Shown one piece after another: positions 36,651-47,135 of a stretch of 64,000 nucleotides of DNA. Each line of letters starts with the position of its first letter. The first letter of the stretch is position 1. This stretch comes from Fibrobacteria bacterium. Its GTDB lineage: Bacteria; Fibrobacterota; Fibrobacteria; UBA11236; JADFYW01. The position numbers and the translations under genes are program-made. The notes below the pieces were generated by a model that was given only the letters and a program-made list of their open reading frames with translations, did not search any database and was not told the origin of the DNA. The DNA lies in NCBI GenBank assembly GCA_050294405.1, contig JBNKOC010000012.1, positions 320,001-384,000 on the forward strand. The letters run 5' to 3'.

Positions 36651-37430
36651 ATGTTAAATGGAGCTTTTGAATCAGAACCCCGCCCGAGCGATTCAAACAA
36701 ATATCTAAATCCCTTTGAAAATAAAGCCTTTCAAAATTATAGGCCGAAAGTTCCTCTGGATTTTATGATTAATAATTTCCATCTGAAGACAGCGGATACT
36801 TTAGAGGAGCTCGGCTCAATTTGCGAACTAAAAAATAAAGCAGAAAATACATCCAGAAAAGAGCTGGAATATTTTGATTTGGAGTCCGAACATATAATTG
36901 TTGTGGATTTGATAAGCAACACGACAGTGGGATACTGTCGTATTTACCACCCTGAAAACTTTGGGGTTTATCCCTGCCAGGTTCAATTCTCTCTTAGCGA
37001 TTATTTTTTTGATATCAATAAGAAATACATCGAAGTTGGACCTATTGTTACCAAACAATCAAAAAACATTAAGTTAATTGAAATTTTAATTTGGGCCGCG
37101 GTTTCTGAATATTTGAAAAATATTACCGTGGACGAAATGGTGTTTAATTTTAATTTCCCGGTTTCTCACAATAATGTTTTAAGCAATATTCATGGGTATT
37201 TGTATCGCCATTATAAATCCAAAGGGCCAAAACATTGCCATCCCCATTACCCTGTTTTTATTAATTGGGAAGATGGCGGATGGAGTAAAAATCCCTTCGT
37301 GGAAAATGCCTTGCCTTATTATTTAAGCCAATTGTTTTCCTTAGGAGCAAAAATATTGGCTGAACCAGGCTGGAATAAATCAAAATCGGCAATTTGTTAT
37401 TTGGTAAGTGTGCCTTTAAATGAAAAATAG
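36651..37430 (+). CDS. divergent GNAT N-acyltransferase (OlsB/ornithine-lipid synthase-like)
   Basis: FDLESEHIIVVD, VGYCRI, IEVG, LIWAAVSEYL, LP..L...LGAKILAEPGWN resemble the OlsB-type family. Confidence 0.55.
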   Translation: MLNGAFESEPRPSDSNKYLNPFENKAFQNYRPKVPLDFMINNFHLKTADTLEELGSICELKNKAENTSRKELEYFDLESEHIIVVDLISNTTVGYCRIYHPENFGVYPCQVQFSLSDYFFDINKKYIEVGPIVTKQSKNIKLIEILIWAAVSEYLKNITVDEMVFNFNFPVSHNNVLSNIHGYLYRHYKSKGPKHCHPHYPVFINWEDGGWSKNPFVENALPYYLSQLFSLGAKILAEPGWNKSKSAICYLVSVPLNEK

Positions 37431-37451
37431 CCTTCGCCTTGGGGCGGTTTC

Positions 37452-37479
37452 GAAACCCTTTTGAAATATAAATGAAACT
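37452..37479 (+). promoter_or_regulatory. 11-bp direct repeats (OmpR-family box)
   Basis: GAAACC / GAAATA / GAAACT at 37452, 37463, 37474. Confidence 0.45.
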
Positions 37480-37493
37480 TTGGACAGGCATTT

Positions 37494-38519
37494 TTGTTTC
37501 AAATGTTTCAATTTCTTAACAAAAAATATTGCTTAGCCTTACTTTTGTTTAGTTCTCTGGTTTGGGCTGATTATATAGACAAAGGCAATGCCCTTTTTAA
37601 TGAGGGAAAGTTAGGGCAATCTTTGCAAATGTATAGTATGGCTCTGGAGGCTGGAGAAAATCCAACTCTGGCTCGCTATTATAAATCCAATGTCCTTTAT
37701 AAAATGGGGCAAACTGGAAGAGCGGTAATGGAATACCAAAAAATCATTCGGGAGCATCCCGAATTTGTAAAGCCCTATATAAATCTGGCCGGAATTTACT
37801 TTGAAATGGATGTGGTTGGAGAAGCCCTTAGCTTATACGGAAAAGCCCTCAAATTGGAACCGGAAAACCTTTTAGTTATTAAAATGGTGGCGGAAAGTTA
37901 TTTGAAAATTGAAAACTACCCTGAGGCCATCCGTTATTTCGAGTTGGGAATGGATAAAGAGCCTCAAAATGAAGAGTGGTTGTATGGCTTGGTGGAGTCT
38001 TATCAGAAGTTAAATGATATGGTTTCCATTGAAATGTTGTTAATAGATAACATTAATAAATTTGAAAACAATTCCTTGTGGTTTTTATTAGGGGATATAT
38101 TAAATGCCAATGGAAAAAAGAAAGAAGCGGCCCTAACCTACAAAAAAGCTTTGCAAAGGGACCCAGGACAGGAGTTGTATTATTATAAATTGTCCAACCT
38201 TCAGTCTGAATTAAACCAGCCTTTTCTTGCGATAAATACTCTTTCCAAAGGTTTAGAGGCCAAGGTTTTGGGAAATGATGTATATATAGAATTAGCTAAC
38301 ATGTATTACAACTTAGGCGATACGGATAAATCTTTTCTTTATTTCCTGGATGCTTATGATTCAAATGTTAAGGGTGGGTTTCAGGGGGTTTTGTTTTTAC
38401 TGGAAGATGCAGCAGCTAATAATGACAAACGGTTTATGGAATTTTGTTTGGGCAAATTAAATAAGGAATTGCAGAAAAAACCTGAAATTGCCGAAATATT
38501 ATCCAGGATGGAAGGCTAA
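37494..38519 (+). CDS. secreted tetratricopeptide repeat protein
   Basis: Signal peptide and TPR-like helices (YINLAGIY..ALKLEPEN, LGDIL..YKKALQRDP). Confidence 0.85.
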   Translation: MFQMFQFLNKKYCLALLLFSSLVWADYIDKGNALFNEGKLGQSLQMYSMALEAGENPTLARYYKSNVLYKMGQTGRAVMEYQKIIREHPEFVKPYINLAGIYFEMDVVGEALSLYGKALKLEPENLLVIKMVAESYLKIENYPEAIRYFELGMDKEPQNEEWLYGLVESYQKLNDMVSIEMLLIDNINKFENNSLWFLLGDILNANGKKKEAALTYKKALQRDPGQELYYYKLSNLQSELNQPFLAINTLSKGLEAKVLGNDVYIELANMYYNLGDTDKSFLYFLDAYDSNVKGGFQGVLFLLEDAAANNDKRFMEFCLGKLNKELQKKPEIAEILSRMEG

Positions 38520-38538
38520 AATAAGATTTGTGCGCAAT

Positions 38539-41500
38539 ATGCAGTTTATACTTTCGATCTTGCTTTTATTAAGTGCAGCTTCTTTTGCCCAAGATGGCGA
38601 AGTGATTCCGGTATTATCGGATTCCGCCCTGTATAATTTTAATGAGGAAGCGATATTTGATTCCGCCGCAGCTAACACTTCAGATAGTTTGGAATTTAAA
38701 CCCCCTGTAGAAATTGTCAAACAGGAACGAAGAGGCCTGGTGCTTTCTGCTTTGACCAGTACTCCCATTGAAGGGGCCGTAATTAAAGTATTTAAAGAAG
38801 ATACATTAGAACTCATAACAGATGTTAGTGGGTTGTTTCTTTTTCCCATGGAAAATTACAAGGGGTACTCTCTTTCCATTGCGAAAGATGGGTACGAAAC
38901 CAAAAATAGCCGATACCCCGAATACGATGGGCAAACTATTATTGAATATAAATTAGATAAACCCATTAAAACACTTTCGAAAATGCAGGTGAAAAAAAGC
39001 ATTCGAGGCGGTTCGCTTATTTCTCTTTTGGAAAAAAGGCAAGCTGCAACGGGAATGTTTGATGCCATGGGCTCCGAGCAAATTGGAAAATCCACGGACT
39101 CCGATGCAGGAGCTGTTGCCAAAAGGATTTCCGGGACTTCTTTGATTGGCGGTAAATACGTTTTTGTGAGAGGTTTGGGAGAACGGTATACAAACATGTA
39201 TTTGAACGGTTTGCCGGTTCCCTCGCCGGAAAAAGACAAGCGGATTGTGCCTCAAGATTTATTTCCGGCAAGCGCCTTAGAGACGTTTACAATTTATAAA
39301 ACTTTCCAACCAGAGTTGCCTCCGGATTTTGCCGGGGGTTCCATAGATTTAAACACAAAAGGTATCCCTGAAAAAAATGCTTTTAAAATTCAATTGGGCC
39401 TGGGAGGGACCGACTATTATGGAGATGGATCTTTTTTAGATGTGGGAGATGACCGGTTCACTTACGATGGAGGAAGCAAACTAACCAATTATTTTGGCTA
39501 TGATGATGGAACCAGGGCTGTTCCCAATGGAGTGCCTACATCTATACCTAAAAGTGTTTTTTCAAATAAGGAACGGGCAGATTTCGCCTATCAATTTAAT
39601 AACAAATTAGCCCTTGATACTGGGCGAATATTGCCTAACCAATCTTTTGCCCTTTCTTATGCTAAAGTGTCTAAAGGGGACGAAAATAAAAAAGGAATGT
39701 TATTGGATATATCCTATTCCAACAAGTACTCCAATGACGATTTTAAGCGTATAGTTTACAAGCCCAGTTACAGTCTGGCCGAAGAAGTTTATTACGTGAA
39801 AAATGCAGCAGAGCTTCAAATTGGAGAGGGCCTTTTTGAAACTAAAATCAGCGCGCTGGCCAATTTTGGTTATGAATCCAAAGATAATCAACTATGGTTC
39901 AAAAACTTATACGCCCACTTAACGGAAGATAAGGCATTTTACAATCAAGCCTGGCAGACCCGGGGTGGGCCCGGAGCGGGCATGGACAGCGATTGGGAAG
40001 AACGTTTTGAATTGATGTATAGTGAACGTCATTTTTTATCCAATCAGTTTGGCGGCGGGCATTATATCGGAAAAGGGATTTTAGATTCCCTTTCCTGGGC
40101 GATGGGGTTTGCCTGGACCAAGGAAAATATTCCCGATAAAAAACGTTATTATTATACCCGCAATGTAAGATATGTTAGAACCCAGGTGGATACGGTGGTA
40201 GATGGCATTAGCTATGAAGCCGGGGAAGAAATAAGAATAATAGATCCCCGTTTAAAATACGAGCTAAAATCCCCTTATGGAACCAGGGCTTATGAAGTTA
40301 CCTGGGAGTATGGGTTGGCAGGCAGAATGGATGGCTTTTTGGTAATTCCGCCTAGCATTTCCCAAAAGGATAGCTTTTTTGTGGATAACTCTTTTTTCCA
40401 CCACTTAGCTTTGCCGAAAGCTCAATTTGGTTACATCTGGTCTTTTAAACAAAGGACTTATGATGTATTCAGGTATAACTGGGACGGAATGCAATCCAAT
40501 GAGTATATACCTATGATTTCCGAAACAGGAGATTACAGTTTGGTGGAACAGATACACGATCCGGAAATTGTATACAGACATTTGCAAAGCCGAACAAATG
40601 GTTTTGAAACCACGCCTAATGAAAATGATTCCTACAATGCATGGGACTTAACCAATGCTATATATCTGAAATCGGGATTGGATTTTAGCTTAGGGCGATT
40701 TCCAACGGGCCTTCATGCGGGGGTAAAGGCGGAATGGTTCCTATTAGATTTTGTTGCTCCATTTACAGGAGAAGCTTCTATTAACAACCCTGAGTTGCGT
40801 ATGGATGAAGCCAAGCGGATTAACAGCAATGAGTTTCAACTATACCCTTCTGTATATTGGTATAACCGCTGGACTAAAAACACGAAAGGTAGTTTTCAAT
40901 ACGCCCGTACCGTTATCCGCCCGGAAATTCGGGAACGTTCACCCACGGAATTTTATGACACCGAAAAAGAGCAAACCGTTGTGGGTAACCCTGATTTAGT
41001 AAACACAGTGGTGCATAATTTTGACTACCGGTGGGATTGGTATTTAAAAGGTGGTCAAATATTATCTGCCAGCCTTTTTTATAAAAACTTTAAGGATCCT
41101 GTGGAAGGCTACGTGGACCCAAATAGTTCGCCTCCTTACAAAAGATTTCAAAACTCAAAAAAGGCTTTTGTTAAAGGCATAGAGTTTGACTGGCTTTTAA
41201 AGCCGGGGTTTATATTTGAAAATTTTAAAAATTTAAAAAAGCCTATGGAAGATTTTGAATTGTCTGGCAATGTGGCCTTAATGACATCTGAAGTTAAAAT
41301 TGATTCAAACTCAGGTTTCGTTGGTGTATTACATACTACAAGGCCAATGGTAGGGCAATCTGATTTTTTAATAAATGCAAAATTGGTTCATCAACCGGAT
41401 CTTGGAAAATGGTCCATACAACATGGCATAGCCTATAATGTATTTGGACCCCGAATTGAAAAGGTTGGAACCTACTATGTGGATGATCATTATGAAAACT

Positions 41501-41700
41501 CGTTCCACAGCCTGGATTATTTTAACAAAATAACTATTGGGCCCTTGGGGATTTCCCTTAAAATAAAAAATTTACTGAATTCCCGAAAACTAAAGTATTT
41601 AGATGGCTTGGACGAGGATGAAAAAGAAACCATTCGCAAAACAATTGAAGAAAAAGCGGACGGCACTTCGTATTCATTGAGTGTGGGTTATTCTTTCTAG
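38539..41700 (+). CDS. TonB-dependent receptor with N-terminal carboxypeptidase-like domain
   Basis: DSDAGAVAKRISG, YVFVRGLGERY, DLFP, PDFAGGSI plug motifs. GNPDL..HNFDYRW, terminal YSF. Start at ATG 38539 before the signal peptide. Confidence 0.92.
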   Translation: MQFILSILLLLSAASFAQDGEVIPVLSDSALYNFNEEAIFDSAAANTSDSLEFKPPVEIVKQERRGLVLSALTSTPIEGAVIKVFKEDTLELITDVSGLFLFPMENYKGYSLSIAKDGYETKNSRYPEYDGQTIIEYKLDKPIKTLSKMQVKKSIRGGSLISLLEKRQAATGMFDAMGSEQIGKSTDSDAGAVAKRISGTSLIGGKYVFVRGLGERYTNMYLNGLPVPSPEKDKRIVPQDLFPASALETFTIYKTFQPELPPDFAGGSIDLNTKGIPEKNAFKIQLGLGGTDYYGDGSFLDVGDDRFTYDGGSKLTNYFGYDDGTRAVPNGVPTSIPKSVFSNKERADFAYQFNNKLALDTGRILPNQSFALSYAKVSKGDENKKGMLLDISYSNKYSNDDFKRIVYKPSYSLAEEVYYVKNAAELQIGEGLFETKISALANFGYESKDNQLWFKNLYAHLTEDKAFYNQAWQTRGGPGAGMDSDWEERFELMYSERHFLSNQFGGGHYIGKGILDSLSWAMGFAWTKENIPDKKRYYYTRNVRYVRTQVDTVVDGISYEAGEEIRIIDPRLKYELKSPYGTRAYEVTWEYGLAGRMDGFLVIPPSISQKDSFFVDNSFFHHLALPKAQFGYIWSFKQRTYDVFRYNWDGMQSNEYIPMISETGDYSLVEQIHDPEIVYRHLQSRTNGFETTPNENDSYNAWDLTNAIYLKSGLDFSLGRFPTGLHAGVKAEWFLLDFVAPFTGEASINNPELRMDEAKRINSNEFQLYPSVYWYNRWTKNTKGSFQYARTVIRPEIRERSPTEFYDTEKEQTVVGNPDLVNTVVHNFDYRWDWYLKGGQILSASLFYKNFKDPVEGYVDPNSSPPYKRFQNSKKAFVKGIEFDWLLKPGFIFENFKNLKKPMEDFELSGNVALMTSEVKIDSNSGFVGVLHTTRPMVGQSDFLINAKLVHQPDLGKWSIQHGIAYNVFGPRIEKVGTYYVDDHYENSFHSLDYFNKITIGPLGISLKIKNLLNSRKLKYLDGLDEDEKETIRKTIEEKADGTSYSLSVGYSF

Positions 41701-41887
41701 GTTTTTATTTTACAGAAAAGTACCATCCTTGTCTTGTTTCAAAAATGTTTCATGAATGGGTTTTGAAACAGACGGTTTAAATACCAAGTCGCCCTATGTA
41801 TTAATGTTTATAGTCTTTTTAAGACTTTAGGGCTGAGTATTTCGGTTCCAAAAGTAGAACTAAAATAAAATTCCTGAGCATTTTTTG

Positions 41888-41914
41888 TAACAACATTTAA
41901 ACAGTTTTGAAACA
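41888..41914 (+). promoter_or_regulatory. 11-bp direct repeats (Pho-box-like) upstream of the large lipoprotein
   Basis: TAACA / AAACA / AAACA at 41888, 41899, 41910. Confidence 0.55.
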
Positions 41915-41958
41915 AGGCATTTCCATATTTACTTGAAAATGTTTACACTGGAGGAAAA

Positions 41959-44900
41959 ATGAATTTATTAAAGGCTACCACATATATTGCAGCCTTATTC
42001 CTATTTTGGGGGTGCTTTGACAGCACAGGGCCGGATAAAAAGCCCCCCGGAGATTTGGAAGGTACTATAACAAAGGACATAACACTTGATGCGAAAATAG
42101 AATATACCATTGAAGGCATGGTGTATGTGGACAAGGGAGTAACTCTAACTATTCCCGAAGGAACGGTTATCAAAGCAAATGGTAAATCCGCTTTGGTTAT
42201 TCGACCTGGAGCTACTATTGAAGCTGTGGGCACCAAAGAAAAACCTATTGTATTTACCTCAGCCAATCCAAATCCCGAATCAGGCGACTGGGCGGGAATT
42301 GTAATTTTTGGAGAAGCTCCTGTTTCCACTGCGGATAACACTCAGAAGTTTGAAGCCGATGAAGGCGAAACTTTTGGAGGCACTAAAAAAGCAAGCAATT
42401 CCGGTATATTAAAATATGTCCGTATCGAGTACGCCGGTTATACGGTTGGACCCGATAAAGAGCTTAACGGCCTTACTCTTGGCGGTGTGGGCACAGGTAC
42501 CCAGATTAGTTATGTGCAAATCCATGCTGGTAAAGACGATGCCATAGAGTTTTTTGGCGGTACTGTAGAAGTTGACCACATTGTGGTGACCGATTACCAG
42601 GATGATGGATTTGATATAGATGAAGGTTTCGTTGGAAAATTAAGCTTTGGCTTAAATATTCAAGGTGATGAATCGGATAGATGTATAGAGGCGGGCAGCA
42701 AGGCTGTTAATAAAGATTTGTTAACTGCTCCCACATTTAGCAATATTACAATGTGGTGTAACTCCACAAATCAAGCCCTGCATTTAAAAGATAATGTGAG
42801 TGGAACTTACGAAAAATTTGTAGTTGTGAGCGATAGCGCCTCTGAATTGATTAAAGCGGAAGGCGATGTGACTTTAGCTAAATTAGCAGACGGTTCTACT
42901 GTATTTAGCGATTTTTTCTACGCAGGTAATTTTCAAAATTCTGTGATTGATGTTTCAGGCGATGAAACCATTGATATGAATGAATTGACCTCCAATTTTA
43001 CTCAAGTTTCCAATGCTTTAAATTCAAATTGGTCTGCAAAAAATGCGGCTATTAAAGATGCGGGCGCCGGGGCTATAGTGGGTAATGATTTGTGGTACGA
43101 AGATTGGACTATGGAAGGCACTATTACGGGAAAAGATGAAAACCCTGCCGAAATTGTTGTTCTTAGCGGCACCATCAGCGATGACATGACTTTAGAAGCA
43201 GGTGTGCAATACGAATTAAATGGATTTGTATATGTGGATGGGGCAACTCTTAGCATTCCTGCGGGAACCATGTTTAAATCCGCTGGCAAATCAGCTCTTA
43301 TCGTTAATTCAAATGCAAAATTGGAAGCCAAAGGCACTAAGGAAAGCCCCATTGTATTTACCTCAAAAGCCTCTTCTCCCGAAGCTGGAGACTGGGCGGG
43401 TATTGTTCTGTTTGGAAAGGCTCCTGTTTCCACAGCCGATCACACTCAAAGTTTTGAGGCTAACGAGGCGGATAAATTTGGCGGAGATACAGAAGAACAT
43501 AATTCCGGAACTTTGGAATATGTTCGAATTGAATATGCCGGTTATGTTGTAGCTACTGACAAGGAACTCAACGGTCTTACTTTAGGTGGTGTGGGCAGCG
43601 GAACAAAAATCTCTTACGTTCAAATTCATGAAGGAAAAGATGATGCCATAGAATTTTTTGGTGGCGCGGCGGAAGTGGATCACATCGTAGTGACTTCTTA
43701 TCATGATGACGGTTTTGATGTGGACGAAGGTTTTTCCGGCAGCATTAGCTACGGTATAAATATTCAGGGTGAAGGTTCTGACAGATGTATTGAAGCTGGA
43801 AGTAAAGCTGTGGACCCCGATATGATAACCGCGCCTACGTTCAGCAATATTACCATGTGGTGTAACTCCACAAATCAAGCGTTGCACTTAAAAGACAATG
43901 TAAGTGGAACTTATGAGAAATTTGTAGTTATCAGTGATAGCGCTTCTGAGCTTATTAAAGCTGAAGGTGATGTGACTATTGGTAAATTAAAAGATTCTTC
44001 CACCGTATTTTCAGATTTCTTTTATTCAGGAAGCTTCGTGAATGCGGTGCTGGATTTTGGTGCAGATTCTATTCAATCCACTTTAGACAGAGTTTCTCCT
44101 AATTTTGTTCAGGTAGCCAACCCTTTAAATGATGACCTTTCTGCTAAAGATTCCAAGGTAAAAGATGCAGAAGCTGGCGCCATTGTGGGTAGCGATTTAT
44201 GGTACGAAGATTGGACAAAAGAGGGTACCATCACTTCAAAATCAGGTAGCACCGGTGATGTGGTTGTACTTACTGGAACTATAAACTCAGATATGGAATT
44301 GGATGCCGACATTCAATATGAGCTCAATGGCTTTGTGTATGTGGAGGATGCCACATTGACTATTCCTGCAGGCACTGTTTTTAAATCTTCAGGTAAATCA
44401 GCGCTTATTATTACCACCACTGGGAAGTTAATGGCAGAAGGTACCGCAGACAAGCCAATTATTATGACTTCAAAAGCTGCCAATCCAGAAGCTGGAGACT
44501 GGGCAGGGGTTGTGGTATTTGGACAGGCACCAGTTTCCACGGCTGACAAAACGCAAAGTTTCGAAGCCAATGAATCTGATAAATTTGGTGGAAATGTAGC
44601 GGACCACAATTCGGGTGTTATTAAATATGTAATAATTGAATATGCCGGATATGTTGTGGCCACAGATAAAGAACTTAATGGTTTGACCTTAGGTGGCGTA
44701 GGTACTGGCACTGAAGTTAGCTATGTTCAAATCCACGAGGGAAAAGACGATGCGGTTGAATTTTTCGGCGGCAGTGTAAATGTGGATCATATTATTGTGA
44801 CTTCTTATCATGACGATGGTTTCGATGTAGATGAAGGCTACACAGGAACAATCAATTACGGAATCAATATCCAAGGCGAAGGTTCAGATCGCGCAATTGA

Positions 44901-46428
44901 AGCTGGAAGTAAGGCTGTGGATCCAAATCGGATTACAGCCCCTACTTTCAATAACATAACAATTTGGGCAAACTCCACAAATCAAGCATTGCATCTCAAG
45001 GACAACGTGGCGGGAACTTACAACAAATTTGTGGTTGTATCTGATTCTGCCACAGAAATAATAAAAGCAGAAGGTTCAGTGACTCTGGATGCTATTAAAT
45101 CCGGCGATTTGAAACTTTCCAAATTTTATTATTCAGGCGTAGCTGTGAATTCTTTAATAAGCGCAGCAGGAGACAGTGCGGCTGAAGCAGCATTAAGTGC
45201 TGGTATTACGCGCACCATGAATCCTTTAAACGCCGACTTGAGTCCTGCAGCAGCCGAGGTTATCTCTGATTCGGCCGGAGCTATTGTAGGGGATGATCTA
45301 TGGTATGAAGGCTGGTCTGTGGATGGCACTTTGGATTTGGGAAATGAACCCACTCCTGAAAATGTGGTACTTAGCGGAACCATTGACGCGGATATGGAGC
45401 TTTCCAACCTGCTGACATATGAATTGGATGGCTTTGTATATGTGGATGGGGCTACGTTAACTATTCCTGCGGGAGCATACATCGCTTCCTCTGGAAAATC
45501 AGCTTTGATTGTAAACCCTGGCGCCAAAATAATGGCCATGGGCAACGCAGCGAACCCCATTGTTTTCACATCTAAAGAAGAGAACCCCGAAACCGGAGAT
45601 TGGGCTGGAGTCGTTATTCTTGGTAACGCGCCTGTATCCACTGCCGACAGCACTCAGGCTTTTGAAGCCAATGCTACGGATATTTTTGGTGGAAAGGTTT
45701 CCAATGACAATTCCGGAGTATTAAAGTATGCCCGAATTGAATACGCAGGGTACGTGGTAGCCACAGATAAAGAATTAAATGGATTGACCTTAGGCGGCGT
45801 TGGTTCTCAAACTGAAATCAGCCATGTTCAAATCCATGAAGGTAAGGACGACGCCATAGAATTTTTTGGCGGAAGTGTAAATGTAGATCACATTGTAGTT
45901 ACTGCCTATCATGACGATGGCTTTGATGTGGATGAAGGCTTTAATGGTTCCGTTTCTTTTGGCCTTAATGTTCAAGGTGCAGAATCTGACAAAGCCATCG
46001 AAGCTGGTGATAAGGCTGTAAATCAAGAGCAAATTACGGCTCCCAGTTTTTCAAACATTACCATTGTTTCCAATGGCGTTAATGATGTGATTCATTTTAA
46101 GAACAATGTGTCAGGCAATTATGATAAGTTTGTAATTTTGACAGAAGGCGCGCCATCTCTTATAAAACTTGAGGGCGATGTTTCTATAGCCTCGGTTAAT
46201 TCAGACGAAACGGTTGTGACTAATTGTTTTTATACTGGCGACCCTGTAATTGTTACCAACACTGGAGATGCTTCAGCAGAAACCAAGCTTAATGCGGCTT
46301 GTTCCGATGTGGATAGCCCATTAAATGCGGATTATTCACCTGCGGCCTCCGCTGTTTCCGATGCAGAAGCAGGAGCCATAGTGGATGAACTTTGGTATAT
46401 GGGCTGGGTTAAAGCCGGCACTATCTAA
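41959..46428 (+). CDS. 1489-aa surface lipoprotein of four tandem ~365-aa beta-helix-like repeats
   Basis: FWGC lipobox. Four copies of GDWAG.V..G.AP / NSG.L.Y..IEYAG / ELNGLTLGGVG.GT / DDAIEFFGG / DDGFD.DEG. GGAGG RBS. Confidence 0.9.
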   Translation: MNLLKATTYIAALFLFWGCFDSTGPDKKPPGDLEGTITKDITLDAKIEYTIEGMVYVDKGVTLTIPEGTVIKANGKSALVIRPGATIEAVGTKEKPIVFTSANPNPESGDWAGIVIFGEAPVSTADNTQKFEADEGETFGGTKKASNSGILKYVRIEYAGYTVGPDKELNGLTLGGVGTGTQISYVQIHAGKDDAIEFFGGTVEVDHIVVTDYQDDGFDIDEGFVGKLSFGLNIQGDESDRCIEAGSKAVNKDLLTAPTFSNITMWCNSTNQALHLKDNVSGTYEKFVVVSDSASELIKAEGDVTLAKLADGSTVFSDFFYAGNFQNSVIDVSGDETIDMNELTSNFTQVSNALNSNWSAKNAAIKDAGAGAIVGNDLWYEDWTMEGTITGKDENPAEIVVLSGTISDDMTLEAGVQYELNGFVYVDGATLSIPAGTMFKSAGKSALIVNSNAKLEAKGTKESPIVFTSKASSPEAGDWAGIVLFGKAPVSTADHTQSFEANEADKFGGDTEEHNSGTLEYVRIEYAGYVVATDKELNGLTLGGVGSGTKISYVQIHEGKDDAIEFFGGAAEVDHIVVTSYHDDGFDVDEGFSGSISYGINIQGEGSDRCIEAGSKAVDPDMITAPTFSNITMWCNSTNQALHLKDNVSGTYEKFVVISDSASELIKAEGDVTIGKLKDSSTVFSDFFYSGSFVNAVLDFGADSIQSTLDRVSPNFVQVANPLNDDLSAKDSKVKDAEAGAIVGSDLWYEDWTKEGTITSKSGSTGDVVVLTGTINSDMELDADIQYELNGFVYVEDATLTIPAGTVFKSSGKSALIITTTGKLMAEGTADKPIIMTSKAANPEAGDWAGVVVFGQAPVSTADKTQSFEANESDKFGGNVADHNSGVIKYVIIEYAGYVVATDKELNGLTLGGVGTGTEVSYVQIHEGKDDAVEFFGGSVNVDHIIVTSYHDDGFDVDEGYTGTINYGINIQGEGSDRAIEAGSKAVDPNRITAPTFNNITIWANSTNQALHLKDNVAGTYNKFVVVSDSATEIIKAEGSVTLDAIKSGDLKLSKFYYSGVAVNSLISAAGDSAAEAALSAGITRTMNPLNADLSPAAAEVISDSAGAIVGDDLWYEGWSVDGTLDLGNEPTPENVVLSGTIDADMELSNLLTYELDGFVYVDGATLTIPAGAYIASSGKSALIVNPGAKIMAMGNAANPIVFTSKEENPETGDWAGVVILGNAPVSTADSTQAFEANATDIFGGKVSNDNSGVLKYARIEYAGYVVATDKELNGLTLGGVGSQTEISHVQIHEGKDDAIEFFGGSVNVDHIVVTAYHDDGFDVDEGFNGSVSFGLNVQGAESDKAIEAGDKAVNQEQITAPSFSNITIVSNGVNDVIHFKNNVSGNYDKFVILTEGAPSLIKLEGDVSIASVNSDETVVTNCFYTGDPVIVTNTGDASAETKLNAACSDVDSPLNADYSPAASAVSDAEAGAIVDELWYMGWVKAGTI
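42055..46425 (+). repeat. intragenic ~1.1-kb tandem repeat x4
   Basis: Units start at 42055, 43162, 44269 and 45370 (periods 1107, 1107, 1101 bp). Confidence 0.9.
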
Positions 46429-46447
46429 AATTTGCCAATTCCAATTT

Positions 46448-46478
46448 AAAAGGCTCCAATTTTATTGGGGCCTTTTTT
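46448..46478 (+). terminator. intrinsic terminator
   Basis: AAAAGGCTCCAAT-TTT-ATTGGGGCCTTTTTT. Confidence 0.85.
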
Positions 46479-46511
46479 ATTTTATAGAAGAATAAGAATT
46501 AGGAAAGAAAT

Positions 46512-47135
46512 ATGAACAATCAGTTTATTAAACAAAATATTTTTGTAATTGTTAAACTAAGTTTTCTTTTGATTTTTCTTGCCGGTTGCGGAAAAGAAAA
46601 CAGCCAAAAAGAAAAGGCCCAAGGCCAAAAGGAAGATAAAAGCGCCAGGCTTCATTCCGGGCTGGATACAACAAAAGTGGATATTAGTTCCCTGCCCAAT
46701 ATTAATTCTATTGTGCTGGAAAACAGCTATTCCAATATAGAAGAATTAACATCTGGTCTCAGCCAAAATTTAATGGATACCAATGTTCTGGAGGCCCAAA
46801 AGTTGTTGCCTAAATTTTCGGAATATGCCAAATTGTATTACTACTTGCCAGACCCGGATTTGAACCCAAATTCTGGAGAATTTATGGCGACATTGTATGT
46901 AAATGGGAATAAGAAAAATCTTCCTAGATGGTCTAGGGATTTCCACGAGAAAAAATGTGTAAAACTAATAACATCAGAGCCAAAGGAAATAAAGGAAGGA
47001 AAGGGTTATGAATTATTGTCAGGCATTCAAGTGGAATGCATGGATGATGTTGGAAAGAAATTTCACTTTCCCGTTTTTAAAACCGTGTTAAAAATTGGCG
47101 GTAAATATATTATCTGGTCTATTTTAGAAACTTAA
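46512..47135 (+). CDS. hypothetical lipoprotein
   Basis: FLAGC lipobox, no recognised domain. Confidence 0.7.
   Translation: MNNQFIKQNIFVIVKLSFLLIFLAGCGKENSQKEKAQGQKEDKSARLHSGLDTTKVDISSLPNINSIVLENSYSNIEELTSGLSQNLMDTNVLEAQKLLPKFSEYAKLYYYLPDPDLNPNSGEFMATLYVNGNKKNLPRWSRDFHEKKCVKLITSEPKEIKEGKGYELLSGIQVECMDDVGKKFHFPVFKTVLKIGGKYIIWSILET

Noticed and set aside
41943..45653. Similar antisense ORFs at 41943, 43002, 44313 and 45129 (-)
   Set aside because: They are shadows of the four-fold repeat in the + strand lipoprotein, with no independent features.
42055..46425. Long repeats as CRISPR array or assembly artefact
   Set aside because: The units are ~1.1 kb, in frame, protein-coding and diverged at synonymous sites. 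There is no repeat-spacer structure or cas gene.
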